Source: a virus. From it: a stretch of DNA of 64,000 nucleotides. This document shows, piece by piece, positions 10,542 through 20,856 of this stretch. The stretch is taken from positions 6,239 to 70,238 of the IMG/VR virus record IMGVR_UViG_3300036782_000052; one strand, given 5' to 3'. The notes beneath the pieces are model-generated. The model made no database searches. It was not told where the DNA came from and was given only the letters and a program-made list of their open reading frames with translations. Both the position numbers and the translations under genes were made by a program. Within the stretch, counting starts at the first letter, position 1. Each line of letters begins with the position of its first letter.

Positions 10542-10897
10542 ATTACCCTGTCCCAGCCTCGCCGGACGCCGGCCGCAACTGGTTCGCGCGCCTCGGCCTT
10601 TCGATCGATCGCGTCTTGAACGTGGTCCTGTTCGACGGCGACGACACCTGGACCGTCAGCCTGCATGCCGCGGTGGCCGATCAGGCGGGCGAGCGATGGG
10701 GCTGCATCGTCTGCTGGATTCTGGCGACCCTGGTGCAGCGCAACCACTGCGCGCTGACGCTTGACCCGACAACCGTCGAAACCGCCGGGGCGGCGGTGCG
10801 CGCCGGTCTGGTGATGATCCTGGTGATCGGCGCGATCTGGTTCACGCTGGACTATTTCGGCGATGACATCGGCCGGCTGCTCTCGCATCTGCTGTGA
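10538..10897 (+). CDS. hypothetical membrane protein
   Basis: IDRVLNV...GD..TVS, C..C, NHC motif; C-terminal hydrophobic segment. Confidence 0.55.
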   Translation: MNYPVPASPDAGRNWFARLGLSIDRVLNVVLFDGDDTWTVSLHAAVADQAGERWGCIVCWILATLVQRNHCALTLDPTTVETAGAAVRAGLVMILVIGAIWFTLDYFGDDIGRLLSHLL

Positions 10898-10913
10898 CGG
10901 AGACCCAAACCCC

Positions 10914-11222
10914 ATGGCAGACCTCTACGTCAAACAGGGCGCCACCCTGCAGCTCATCATCGCTGCGGCGAATGACGACGGCAGCCCGGTTGACCTGACC
11001 ACCATCACCACCACCAGCGAGGTCCGCGACCGCCAGGGTCGCCTGATCGATACCCTGGTGCTGACGCCGACCTCCGGCATCCCCGGTCAGTACACCGTCG
11101 CGCAGGCGACGACGAAATGGCCGCGTGGCGAACTCCTCTGCGACTTCAAGATGATCCGCAGCAGTATCGTGCTGAAAAGCCAGACGGTGACGATCGAGGT
11201 GCTGCCAGCGGTGACCTCGTGA
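10914..11222 (+). CDS. BppU-like baseplate/fibre adaptor
   Basis: VKQGAT...PVDLT...EVRD...SQTVTIEV..AVT. Confidence 0.55.
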   Translation: MADLYVKQGATLQLIIAAANDDGSPVDLTTITTTSEVRDRQGRLIDTLVLTPTSGIPGQYTVAQATTKWPRGELLCDFKMIRSSIVLKSQTVTIEVLPAVTS

Positions 11223-11749
11223 ACCTGACCATCAGCCAGGTTGGCGGTAATGTAACAATCGCGGCTCTGGCCGACGACAGCGGGCAGCTGGGGCTCACCA
11301 TCACCCAGGTTGGGCGTGATGTCTCGATCGCCGGTCTGACCGACGACAGCCAGATGGGGCTCACCATCACGCAGGTTGTTGAGGATGTATCGGCGCCGAC
11401 GATTGTTCTGACCACGCAGCTGGGGCTCACCATCACGCAGGTTGGTAACGTCGGTGGCGGTGCTGCTTCGGGCGAAGGCCTGCCCAGCCTCACGATCGCC
11501 GTGCCGGGCTCGATCAGCGGGCCAGCCGGCCCACCAGGCCCCCCCGGACCACCGGGCGCGACCTTCATCTTTGATCAGTCAACAGCGGCCGCGACCTGGA
11601 CGATCGCCCACAACCTCGGGGTCTTTCCGGCCGTGGTTGTCGCGGACAGCGCCGGGACGCTGATCGAGGGCGATATTGTCTATACAGACACCAATACCGT
11701 GACGCTGACGTTCTCTGCCGCCTTCAGCGGCACCGCGTATCTGATCTAG
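11219..11749 (+). CDS. short collagen-repeat virion protein
   Basis: LTITQV repeats, GPAGPPGPPGPPG, WTIAHNLG..P.V.V.D domain. Confidence 0.6.
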   Translation: MNLTISQVGGNVTIAALADDSGQLGLTITQVGRDVSIAGLTDDSQMGLTITQVVEDVSAPTIVLTTQLGLTITQVGNVGGGAASGEGLPSLTIAVPGSISGPAGPPGPPGPPGATFIFDQSTAAATWTIAHNLGVFPAVVVADSAGTLIEGDIVYTDTNTVTLTFSAAFSGTAYLI

Positions 11750-11761
11750 GAGCGCCTTCGG

Positions 11762-12841
11762 ATGGCTCGGTCGTTTCTCACCAACCTCAATCTCAACCAG
11801 AATCAAATCCAGAACGCCGCGGTGCAGCCGCTTGGCACCGCCCCGTCATCGCCAGTGCTGGGGCAGATTTACTACGACAGCGCGACGGCGAATTTCACCT
11901 TGGTCTGGAACGGCAGCGGCTGGGTCAACGGGCTCAGCCGGGCCAACCACACCGGCACGCAGGTCGCCAGCACGATCAGCAACCTCGCCTCGACCGTGCA
12001 GGCTTATTCGCTCTCGAGCTTCGCCGTGCCGACCGCCAACATTGCAATGGGCGGGTTCACCCTCACCGGCCTGGCGGCACCCACGGCATCAGGCCAGGCC
12101 GCGACCTGGGACTACGTGAATGCGCAGGTCCAAGGTGCGGCCGCGGGGATCTCCTCGAAAGATCCGGTCCAGGCGGTTGCCACCACAAACGTCTCCACCC
12201 TGTCGGGCACGACGACGATCGATGGCGTCGCCCTGGTCGCCGGCAACCGGGTGCTGCTGACGGCACAATCGACGGCGAGCCAGAACGGGCCTTGGGTGAT
12301 CGCCTCCGGGTCCTGGACCCGGCCGACGACCGAGGCGTCCAACGAACTAGACTTCGGCGCCATGTGGCTGTCGCTCGCCGGCACTGCCAACGCCGGCACC
12401 CAGTGGCGCCTGAGCTCGCCGACCTCGGGCACCATCACCGTCGGCACCACCAGCGTCACCATCGTGCAGTTCGGCGCCGGCAGCACCTATACCGCCGGCA
12501 ACGGCCTTTTGCTTACCGGTTCGGTGTTTTCCGCGGTCGCCAATTCGACGACCGGATCGGGCGGCCCGGGCGGCGGCCTGATCGTGAACTCAAGCGGCAT
12601 CGCGATCGATACCACCGTAGTGCCGCGCAAGTATTCGACCGCGATCGGCGATGGCAGCACCACCGCGATCGTGGTGACGCATGGTCTGGGCACCCAGGAC
12701 GTGCATCTGCAGTGCAAGCGCGCGACGACGCCCTACGATGTCGTCGAATGCGACATGGCGGCGACCAGCACGACCACCGCGACATTCACCTTCACCGTCG
12801 CACCCACGACCGGGCAATACCGCGTCACGGTCATCGGCTAA
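11762..12841 (+). CDS. tail fibre / decoration protein
   Basis: RANHTGTQ, IDGVALVAGNRVLL..Q...QNG.W, VTHGLGT.DV motifs. Confidence 0.7.
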   Translation: MARSFLTNLNLNQNQIQNAAVQPLGTAPSSPVLGQIYYDSATANFTLVWNGSGWVNGLSRANHTGTQVASTISNLASTVQAYSLSSFAVPTANIAMGGFTLTGLAAPTASGQAATWDYVNAQVQGAAAGISSKDPVQAVATTNVSTLSGTTTIDGVALVAGNRVLLTAQSTASQNGPWVIASGSWTRPTTEASNELDFGAMWLSLAGTANAGTQWRLSSPTSGTITVGTTSVTIVQFGAGSTYTAGNGLLLTGSVFSAVANSTTGSGGPGGGLIVNSSGIAIDTTVVPRKYSTAIGDGSTTAIVVTHGLGTQDVHLQCKRATTPYDVVECDMAATSTTTATFTFTVAPTTGQYRVTVIG

Positions 12842-12847
12842 TCCGCG

Positions 12848-15844
12848 ATGGTTGCCCGGCTTTCGAGCTTCTTCTCCGATGTGCTCGGCACGGCGCTGAA
12901 CGGTTTCAGCACGGCATCGAGTGCCGCGGTGACGGCGTCCGACAGCGTGCTAAGCGGGCTCGGCAAGCTCCAGGCGCAGGAAAACCTCAAGGCGCCGCTC
13001 GCCTCGCCGACCTTCACCGGCACGGTGACGGCGGGTGGGGCGCTGAACAGTCCGGGGCCGATCACATACTACTACAACGCCAACGGCACTATTCCGCCGG
13101 GTGGCGGCCAGGGTGTGATCGAATGGAACTACACGGCTGGCGCGGCTGAGTGTGATTATTGGAATTGCTACGGGTCAGCGATCACGTCGCATATCTTTTG
13201 GCAGCGCACCTCGGCGGGCGCCGCGACGCGGTTATTGGACATCGGTCCGACCGGCAATGTGACGGCATATGGCAGCGTCACAGCCCAGGCCACAGCGGGC
13301 AGTTGGAGCGGCTATAACTGGGGCAAAGAGCTTCTCATCACGACCACTGGGGGGGCAAATAATCCCGCCCTTGGCTTCACGGATTCTAACGGCGCAAACC
13401 TTTGGGGGATATCGGTCGGCGGCGGCCTGAATTTCGCGCAGATGCCTGCGCTAACGGACAGCACGACAGCCCCTACTTTTGTGCTGAACCTGTCCAGTTC
13501 CGGCTCGACGCTCTACAGCCCGCTGAACGTTACGGGGCTCACCGGCCTGGGCGGCCTCACGAGCACCCCGACCGAGTCATTGCAGGTCGATGGCAACATC
13601 AATACGGCCAATGGCGGCAACACAGGCGGCGCCGGGGGGTATGTCTCCTTCAGCGTTGCCGCTCTGCCGACATACTCACCGATGGCGGCTGTCAAAGGCA
13701 GCCTGATAAATAGCGTCGGCACTGAACTTCAGGGTTCGCTGTCGCTTCAGGTGCGGCCATTCAATGCATCTGCCGGTCAGGTGTTGACCGAAGTTCTGCG
13801 CCTGGACGGCACCTCTCTTCTGGCTGTTATGCCCAAGGGCGCCGCTATCTCGGGTGGAAGCAGCACCATAGACGGCGCGGTGATCGGCGGGACGACCCCG
13901 GCAAGTGGCACATTTACGGCCCTCGCGGCCGGCACCAACGCATCAGCGGGCTCCGCAGTGGTGAACGGCCCCGCCGGTTCGTACAGGACGCTGCACCTTC
14001 AGACGGCCGGCAGCGATCGGTGGGCTTTGTTTGCAGATAATTCATCTGAGAGCGGAGCCAATGCTGGATCAAACTTCAATCTGAACGCTTACTCTGACGC
14101 TGCCGCAGTTCTCTTTACACCCTTCATTATAAATCGCGCTTCTGGTCTGGTGACCATGAACAAGGGCGCGGTGATCTCGGGCGGCTCGTCCACGATCGAC
14201 GGTGCGGCGATCGGCGGCACCACCCCGGCGGCGGGCCACTTCACCACGCTCTCGGCCACCTCGACGATATCAGGCGCCGGCTTCACCGCCTGGGCGGCCT
14301 CGCCCCCGGCAATCGGCGGCACCACGCCGGCCGCGGGCACGTTCACCACGCTGCAGGCAACGACCCTCCAAAATACCCCGGTCAGCGGCGCGTCCGGCTC
14401 CTTCACCAACCTGTCTGCGTCGGGGACGGTGAGCGGCACCGGTATCACCAACCTATTTTCAGGGCCCCCGGGGATCGGCGGCGCCACGCCCAACACCGGC
14501 GCGTTCACAACACTATCGGCCACCGGGACCGTCAGCGTTGGCGGCAACACCCTGGCCGCCCCCACCGTCGCGATCAACGGCGCCGCCGGCTTCGTGCGCG
14601 GTGTCGAGTTCGAGACGGCCGGCGTTGAGCGTTGGCTGGTCGGCGCCGACAGCTCGGGCGAGAGCGGCTCGAACGCTGGTTCCAACTATGTTTTCCAGCG
14701 CTGGAGCGACGCCGGCAGCCTCCTGAGCACGCCGGTGCAGATCAACCGCGCCACGGGGCAGCTGAGCGCGGTCAATGGCGTGTCCGTCACCAACGGGCTC
14801 AGCAGCGACACGATCAGTGCATCGACCGGATACAACGGCCCGGTCGGGCAGACGACCCCGGCGGCGGGCACGTTCACCACGCTCGCCAACAGCGCCGGCT
14901 ACGTCAGCACCGCCGTGATCGGCCGCAACAAGCTGCACAATCCGCTGTTCAACATCCAGCAGCGCGGCGCCGGGGCCTTTACAGCGAACAGTGTCTATAC
15001 CGCGGATCGCTGGCTGCTCGGCCTGACCCTCGATACCGACAGCGTGACCGTGGTCGCGCTGACCGACACCGACCGAGGGAACACCGGGATCAATGACGAA
15101 GAAGCAACCTACGGGCTGTCCAACACCTTCACCGGCAATGCCGGCGCGTCGGCCTACAGCGTCATCAGCCAACGCATCGAAACCGTGCGGCGGCTTTCCA
15201 ACAAGACAGTAACGGTTTCGTTCTGGGCCAAGGCGGCATCCGGCACGCCCAAAGTCGGGGTGTCGATCGACCAGGTCTTCGGCACCGGCGGCTCGCCCTC
15301 GGCGACGGTGACTGGCAACGGCACCGCCGTCACTCTGTCAACGAGCTGGGCGCGCTATTCGGTCACGCTGGCGATTGCGTCCGCCTCTGGCAAGACCTTC
15401 GGCACCACCGCCGGCACCGACTTCACGCAGCTCAACATCTGGTATTCGTCTGGCACCACCGACGCGACGCGCGCCGGGTCGATCGGCGTGCAGTCTGCCA
15501 CGGTGTCGCTGTGGGGCGTGCAGCTCGAAATCGGCAGTGTCGCGACGCCGCTGGAAAAGCCAGACCCGGCGTATGATTTGGCAAACTGCCTGCGGTTCTT
15601 CCAAGGCAATCAGTGTGTTATAACAGGATATGGTGCGGCCGGCGCCGGTGCCGGGCAGTCGATGACCCTCCTCAGCTTCATGCGCGCGTCACCGACCATG
15701 ACGCTTGGCACGGCGGCCAATAGCAACGTCGGAACGGTCACCTTGACACCGTTGTTGAACCGCGCGGTCTGGGTGAGTGCCAGCGTCACCGCGACCGGGG
15801 CTTGGACCGTTAATCAGCAATATACCGCATCGGCAGATCTGTGA
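12848..15844 (+). CDS. long tail fibre / receptor-binding protein with C-terminal carbohydrate-binding-like domain
   Basis: KAPLASPTFTG, IGGTTPAAG.FTTL repeats, RNKLHNP.F.IQQRG...ADRW, GVQLEIGSVATPLE. Confidence 0.75.
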   Translation: MVARLSSFFSDVLGTALNGFSTASSAAVTASDSVLSGLGKLQAQENLKAPLASPTFTGTVTAGGALNSPGPITYYYNANGTIPPGGGQGVIEWNYTAGAAECDYWNCYGSAITSHIFWQRTSAGAATRLLDIGPTGNVTAYGSVTAQATAGSWSGYNWGKELLITTTGGANNPALGFTDSNGANLWGISVGGGLNFAQMPALTDSTTAPTFVLNLSSSGSTLYSPLNVTGLTGLGGLTSTPTESLQVDGNINTANGGNTGGAGGYVSFSVAALPTYSPMAAVKGSLINSVGTELQGSLSLQVRPFNASAGQVLTEVLRLDGTSLLAVMPKGAAISGGSSTIDGAVIGGTTPASGTFTALAAGTNASAGSAVVNGPAGSYRTLHLQTAGSDRWALFADNSSESGANAGSNFNLNAYSDAAAVLFTPFIINRASGLVTMNKGAVISGGSSTIDGAAIGGTTPAAGHFTTLSATSTISGAGFTAWAASPPAIGGTTPAAGTFTTLQATTLQNTPVSGASGSFTNLSASGTVSGTGITNLFSGPPGIGGATPNTGAFTTLSATGTVSVGGNTLAAPTVAINGAAGFVRGVEFETAGVERWLVGADSSGESGSNAGSNYVFQRWSDAGSLLSTPVQINRATGQLSAVNGVSVTNGLSSDTISASTGYNGPVGQTTPAAGTFTTLANSAGYVSTAVIGRNKLHNPLFNIQQRGAGAFTANSVYTADRWLLGLTLDTDSVTVVALTDTDRGNTGINDEEATYGLSNTFTGNAGASAYSVISQRIETVRRLSNKTVTVSFWAKAASGTPKVGVSIDQVFGTGGSPSATVTGNGTAVTLSTSWARYSVTLAIASASGKTFGTTAGTDFTQLNIWYSSGTTDATRAGSIGVQSATVSLWGVQLEIGSVATPLEKPDPAYDLANCLRFFQGNQCVITGYGAAGAGAGQSMTLLSFMRASPTMTLGTAANSNVGTVTLTPLLNRAVWVSASVTATGAWTVNQQYTASADL

Positions 15845-16434
15845 CCCATACTCAAGAACTTTTGGCGATTGTCCTCGGCGCGCTCTGGGGTGGCGTGTGG
15901 TGGCGCTTTCGCGGTGGGGCGCTAAGTGCCCTCACCGGCTTTGATCCCGGCACCAGCGGCATGCGGGCGATCGCCGCGGTGGCGATCGGCAGTCCCATGG
16001 TCGCCGGGGGCGAGCTGTTCCTATTGATCATCCCGCTGTGGTGGATCGCCTGGAGCCTGGCCGGCTGGGGTGCTTTTCAAAGCATGGGCCATGAAACGAC
16101 GGTTGAGATGAAGAACCCGGTCGCGGCGTTTCTTGAGCGCTGTGGTCTGGGCAAGACGATGATCGACATCATCGGCATGGCGATCGAGGGCATACTGACG
16201 CTGACCTTGCCCGGCCTCTTGCTGGGCTGGCTGATCCATCCCTGGATCGGCGCCGTCTTCATCCTCTGCGGCATCGGCTTCGCGCCACTCTACTTGCTGG
16301 CCGACCGAGGACCGTATCGGCCCGATTGGGGCCGGTTTGCCCGCGCCGGTTCGGAATGGGGCGAAGTTCTTGTCGGCGCCTGGGTCGGTGTCGTGCTAGC
16401 GCTCGCGATGATCGACGCCGCACTGAAAGGTTGA
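15841..16434 (+). CDS. multi-pass membrane protein (possible holin)
   Basis: several hydrophobic segments; immediately upstream of the endolysin. Confidence 0.5.
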   Translation: MTHTQELLAIVLGALWGGVWWRFRGGALSALTGFDPGTSGMRAIAAVAIGSPMVAGGELFLLIIPLWWIAWSLAGWGAFQSMGHETTVEMKNPVAAFLERCGLGKTMIDIIGMAIEGILTLTLPGLLLGWLIHPWIGAVFILCGIGFAPLYLLADRGPYRPDWGRFARAGSEWGEVLVGAWVGVVLALAMIDAALKG

Positions 16435-16437
16435 GTA

Positions 16438-16926
16438 ATGACCGAAGCTGTGAGCAAGCGTGACCTCGTGTTGGACCTGGCGGTTGCCTGGATCGGCGAC
16501 TACGAGGGCTTCGCGGGCGAGCCCTATCAGGACGCCGGCGGCGTATGGACAATCGGCTTCGGTTTCACCGTTCATCCCAATGGTGACAAAGTAAACGAAA
16601 CGACCCCGGCGATGGCCCGCGATGACGCGGTGATGTGGTTGCGTGGGCTGGTGATCGGCGTGCTGCGGCAGATCCGCGCGATGGTGCGGGTTCCGGCCAC
16701 GGATCACCAGCTCGCAGCGCTGACCTCGCTCGGCTACAACGTGGGCCTCGGCGCGCTGAGCAACTCGACCTTGCTGCGACACCTGAATGCCGGTGATGCC
16801 GCCGCGGCGGCGGATCAGTTCCATCTCTGGTGTCATGTCGGCGGCGAGGTTGTGCCCGGTCTGGTCAACCGGCGGGCGAGCGAGCGGACGCGTTTCCTGA
16901 CACCTGACGATACAATCGAGGTTTGA
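16438..16926 (+). CDS. GH24 lysozyme (endolysin)
   Basis: YEGF...YQDAGGVWTIGFG (E-D-T triad), YNVG, STLLR.LN, GLVNRRASE. Confidence 0.93.
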   Translation: MTEAVSKRDLVLDLAVAWIGDYEGFAGEPYQDAGGVWTIGFGFTVHPNGDKVNETTPAMARDDAVMWLRGLVIGVLRQIRAMVRVPATDHQLAALTSLGYNVGLGALSNSTLLRHLNAGDAAAAADQFHLWCHVGGEVVPGLVNRRASERTRFLTPDDTIEV

Positions 16927-16927
16927 C

Positions 16928-17497
16928 ATGCCACTCATCGGACTGGCGTTGTCGATGGCACCCACCATCGCATCGTGGATCTTTGGGCCGACCGCGGCCA
17001 AAGTAACCGCCGCCGTGACGACTGCTGCCGAGACGATCACCGGTACGGCCGACCCGGAGGCGCAGGCGGCGGCGCTGCAAGATCCGGCAAAGGCCACGGC
17101 GTTCCGCGTCGAGCTCGCCAAGATCGAGGCGCAGGCTCAGACCGAGCAGCGCGCTGCCGAGCTGGCAAGTTTCCAGGCGCAGCTTGGCGATATCGCCAAC
17201 GCGCGGGCCCAAACCATCGCCTTGGCCGCTGGAAAGTCAGCCATCGCCTGGGGTGCTCCCGTCGTTTCTGCGGTCGTGATGGTGACGTTTGGAATGATGC
17301 TAACATTGGTTCTCATGCGAGCGCTGCCGCCAGGATCGGAAAGTCTTGCAAACGTCATGCTAGGCGCATTAAGCACCATGGCATCATCGGTCGTGGGTTA
17401 TTGGGTCGGCTCGTCTTCGTCTTCGCATTCCAAGGACACGACTATCGCACGCCAGTCTGATCAACTTGCAACCTCTATCCCGGTGGCCGCCACATGA
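16928..17497 (+). CDS. holin-like membrane protein
   Basis: D.ANAR motif, two TM helices, VVGYWVGSS..S..KD. Confidence 0.65.
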   Translation: MPLIGLALSMAPTIASWIFGPTAAKVTAAVTTAAETITGTADPEAQAAALQDPAKATAFRVELAKIEAQAQTEQRAAELASFQAQLGDIANARAQTIALAAGKSAIAWGAPVVSAVVMVTFGMMLTLVLMRALPPGSESLANVMLGALSTMASSVVGYWVGSSSSSHSKDTTIARQSDQLATSIPVAAT

Positions 17498-20331
17498 GCA
17501 CGACAACCACAGCTACCGCGGCTTACAAGCAGCAGTTCCTGGCTTGGATGTCTAGCCTGCAAGGCAAGGGCGCCCTCTGCTTCCAGCAGATCATGGGTCA
17601 GTCGGCCGATATCACGTATTTACAGAACGTCTTTAACCTGACCGGCCATTGGCCGAACCTCTCGATCAATTTTTACAATAATGATTCCAGCGGCGGCGGC
17701 GGGCTGGCCTGCGGGACTGAAGGCGTCGCGCCGGCGATTACTTGGTGGAACGCTGGCGGCTTGGTGTTCTTGTCCGGGCTCAACATCCCGAACCCATCCG
17801 GTGGCGGCGCGCAGGGTGGCTATCTCAACACCGCCGACTTTTTCACGACCGATGCCAATGGCAACGTGATCGTCCGCCAGGGCAGCGCCACCACCAATGC
17901 CTGGCACGCGACGCTCGATGCGATCGCCGCCGGCATTCAGCAATTCGTCAGCGCCACCAACGGCATCATGCCGGTCCGTCTGCTGCACGAGCTCTCCGGG
18001 TCGTGGTGGTGGTGGGGACCGCCGGGCGGGTCCAACACCGGGCTGACCGGTCCGCAGTTCGTGGCGCTGTGGATCGACATGTGGAACTACCTCTGCATCA
18101 CCAAAGGCCTCGCCGATCACATCGCCTTCATCTGGGCGGTGAACGGGGAAGACAATGTGCCGGATCGTTATCCCGGTGCTCAGTATGTCGATTTCACCGG
18201 CTTCAGTTTCTACACCAACGACCCCGAGGGCGGCACGCAGGATGGTTGCTACAGCAACCTCGCGCATTTCAATAAACCGGTTGGCTGGGCGGAATGGGGC
18301 GGCTCAGCGAACGAAGCCGAGACCGACATCGTCACTGCGCTGAAAGCGATCCCGCAGTGCCTCTGGTTCGAACAATGGTCCTCGACCTGGAGCATCGACA
18401 AGATGTCCAACGTCGCGGCGGCGATGGACGATCCTTGGATCCTCACCAGAGACAAATTGACCCGTCCATCGCCAGGAGGGGCCACCGTGACGACACCCAC
18501 ACCCACAGTCGTGACCCCGACGCCCCCCGCAACGGTCACAGTCTCAGCGGTGCTGACGCCAACCTCCGGCGGTAGCCTGACCGATGGCGCCGGCAACACC
18601 TGGACGCTGAGCGCAGCCGGCGCCTCGATGCTCAACGGCAAGGCGACACCGGCTGGCGGGGGCACCGCGGCGCTGGTGGTCGAGAACGGCAAGGCCTACG
18701 GACAGGATAGCAAATCCGGCGCCTGGTGGATGTGGAGCGGCACCGGCTGGGGGCCATCGGTGCTGCCGAAAGCCGTGGTCGTGCCGCCACCGACGATCGC
18801 AACGCCCACCCCGGTGGTAACACCGACGCCGGTCGTAACGCCTGTACCGACGCCGCTCGTCGCGGCCCGGTGCGGTGATTTTTACAACATGCTTTGCGTC
18901 CAGGGCCACACCAGCGGCGGCTTCAACCCGCCTTACAATGATCCGGTGAACTTCCCGAAAGACGCGGCAAGTATTGGCGCGCGGCACTGGCGCGATGGCG
19001 CCAACATTCTGCCGGCACAATACAACGTCCTGACCGGCATGCTGGCAGCCGGGATCACCTTCGTCTGCGGGCCGCCGTACGGCACTATCAGTCCGGCCTC
19101 GGTAATCGCCTCGCTGCACGCCTACCAGGCGCTCGGCGCCGGCATGCTCTATGCGCTCGACGGCATCAACGAGCCGGAGCTGGCGACGATCAGCTACAAC
19201 GGCGTCACCGGCGGCCAGGGCAACAGCTGGCACGCGGTGGCGGACTTCACGGCGGATTTCTATGCCGCCGTGAAGGCCGATGCAGCGCTCGCCAACCTGC
19301 CGGTGTTCGGCGTCTCGCGCGTCGGCGCCGAGGCCGACGACTCAAGCCTGCAATTCCTCGTCGTGCCAAGCCCGAAACCGTCCGGCACTTACAAGCCGGC
19401 CGGCACGAAATTCGGCGACTACTTCAATCAGCACGTTTACCCGTTCGAAACACAGTATTTGCAGGGCGGTATTACCAGCTCGGCGGAAGTCATCGATCCG
19501 ACTGCGGGCGATCAATTCCTCACCGATCTGCACTGGAACGCCGTGGTGACTTTCCATGGCGAGTTTAGCGGTGAGACCGACGCCCAGGCGCAAGCCTACC
19601 CGCGCGTCATCACCGAGTTCGGCTACCGGATGAACACGCCGACGCCGAACGGTAACGATGTCGATGGGCCGACCGCCGGCAAGTGCCTGATGACCGGCCT
19701 GCTGCACGCCTGGAAGCTCGGCTATTTCCTGGTCAACATCTACGAGACCTATAACGCGGCGGCCTACGGCCTGTTCAGTGCGCCGGGACAGCCGAAGGTG
19801 CCGGCGGTGTATTTACAGAACCTCGCCGCCATTCTCGATGATCTGCTGCCGGCCAATCGAACCTTCACGCCTGGCAGCCTGAGCTACACGGTCACTGGCC
19901 CGGCGAACCTCAACTGCCTGCTGTTCGAGAACTGCAGCGGCGTGAAATTCCTGCTCCTCTGGCTTGATGCGACCAACTGGAATCAGGCGACCGGGCAGCC
20001 GATCGTCGTGCCGCCGGTCAGCGTCCCCGTTGCGTTCGGTGAGACCTTCTCCGCCGTCACGATCTATGATCCGACCAAAGGCGTCGCGGCACAGTCCATC
20101 ACCAGCAATGTTGCGGCAATCGTCGCCGCGGTCGCGGACTCGCCCATCGTCATTGCGCTCAGCAACAACACCTCCGCCGTGACGCCGACGCAGACGATCG
20201 CGCAGGTGCAGGACCAGGTGGCCGGGCTCATCAGCCAAGTCCAGGGCGTGATGGGCCAAGGCACGACGATGCTCACGCAGCTGCAGTCGGTCCTGACGTC
20301 GCTGGGTCAGCTGCCGGGCGCCTCGACGTGA
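17494..20331 (+). CDS. GH26-like glycanase + PT linker + small domain + second clan GH-A glycoside hydrolase
   Basis: RLLHELSGSWWWWG, YPGAQYVDFTG, AEWG (GH26); GINEP, NQHVY, ITEFGY (GH-A). Confidence 0.75.
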   Translation: MSTTTTATAAYKQQFLAWMSSLQGKGALCFQQIMGQSADITYLQNVFNLTGHWPNLSINFYNNDSSGGGGLACGTEGVAPAITWWNAGGLVFLSGLNIPNPSGGGAQGGYLNTADFFTTDANGNVIVRQGSATTNAWHATLDAIAAGIQQFVSATNGIMPVRLLHELSGSWWWWGPPGGSNTGLTGPQFVALWIDMWNYLCITKGLADHIAFIWAVNGEDNVPDRYPGAQYVDFTGFSFYTNDPEGGTQDGCYSNLAHFNKPVGWAEWGGSANEAETDIVTALKAIPQCLWFEQWSSTWSIDKMSNVAAAMDDPWILTRDKLTRPSPGGATVTTPTPTVVTPTPPATVTVSAVLTPTSGGSLTDGAGNTWTLSAAGASMLNGKATPAGGGTAALVVENGKAYGQDSKSGAWWMWSGTGWGPSVLPKAVVVPPPTIATPTPVVTPTPVVTPVPTPLVAARCGDFYNMLCVQGHTSGGFNPPYNDPVNFPKDAASIGARHWRDGANILPAQYNVLTGMLAAGITFVCGPPYGTISPASVIASLHAYQALGAGMLYALDGINEPELATISYNGVTGGQGNSWHAVADFTADFYAAVKADAALANLPVFGVSRVGAEADDSSLQFLVVPSPKPSGTYKPAGTKFGDYFNQHVYPFETQYLQGGITSSAEVIDPTAGDQFLTDLHWNAVVTFHGEFSGETDAQAQAYPRVITEFGYRMNTPTPNGNDVDGPTAGKCLMTGLLHAWKLGYFLVNIYETYNAAAYGLFSAPGQPKVPAVYLQNLAAILDDLLPANRTFTPGSLSYTVTGPANLNCLLFENCSGVKFLLLWLDATNWNQATGQPIVVPPVSVPVAFGETFSAVTIYDPTKGVAAQSITSNVAAIVAAVADSPIVIALSNNTSAVTPTQTIAQVQDQVAGLISQVQGVMGQGTTMLTQLQSVLTSLGQLPGAST

Positions 20332-20765
20332 GCGCCAGCACCACAGCCTACACCGTCAATGTCTATCACTACTTCGGTGGGCTGGCTGCGTCGCCGGACC
20401 CGCGCCTCGACCAAATCCTGACGCTGCTTCAAACCCTAATGACGAAAGTGGACAGCATGAGTGGAACCGTAGCCCAACTCGAGACTGAAATCGCCACGCT
20501 GACGACTTCGGTCAACAACGCGACCACGACCGAACAGTCGGCGGTGACTATGATTCAAGGGTTCTCGGCGCAGCTGACCGCCGCGCTGGCCGCTGATGCG
20601 AACAACCTTGGCGTACCGGCAGCGGACCTGACCAATATTACGGCGCTGGGCACGGCGATCAACAACGCCACAACCTCGCTTGCCGCAGCGATTGCCAACA
20701 ACCCACTGCCCGCCTCAACCACGACGCCTGCGACGCCCACGACCCCGGCGGCGCCCGCAGCCTAG
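20328..20765 (+). CDS. hypothetical coiled-coil protein
   Basis: heptad-like helix, last gene before the terminator. Confidence 0.55.
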   Translation: MSASTTAYTVNVYHYFGGLAASPDPRLDQILTLLQTLMTKVDSMSGTVAQLETEIATLTTSVNNATTTEQSAVTMIQGFSAQLTAALAADANNLGVPAADLTNITALGTAINNATTSLAAAIANNPLPASTTTPATPTTPAAPAA

Positions 20766-20856
20766 CCCGTCCCCGTGATCTGACGCCTCCCGACCCATCA
20801 CGGAAGACACGCGCGCCTCCCAGTGTTTCCTCGTGGAGAGCATGCGCGGAACCTTT

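Noticed and set aside
12848-15844. Diversity-generating retroelement or invertible fibre cassette
   Set aside because: No reverse transcriptase, invertase or adenine-variant repeat pair seen
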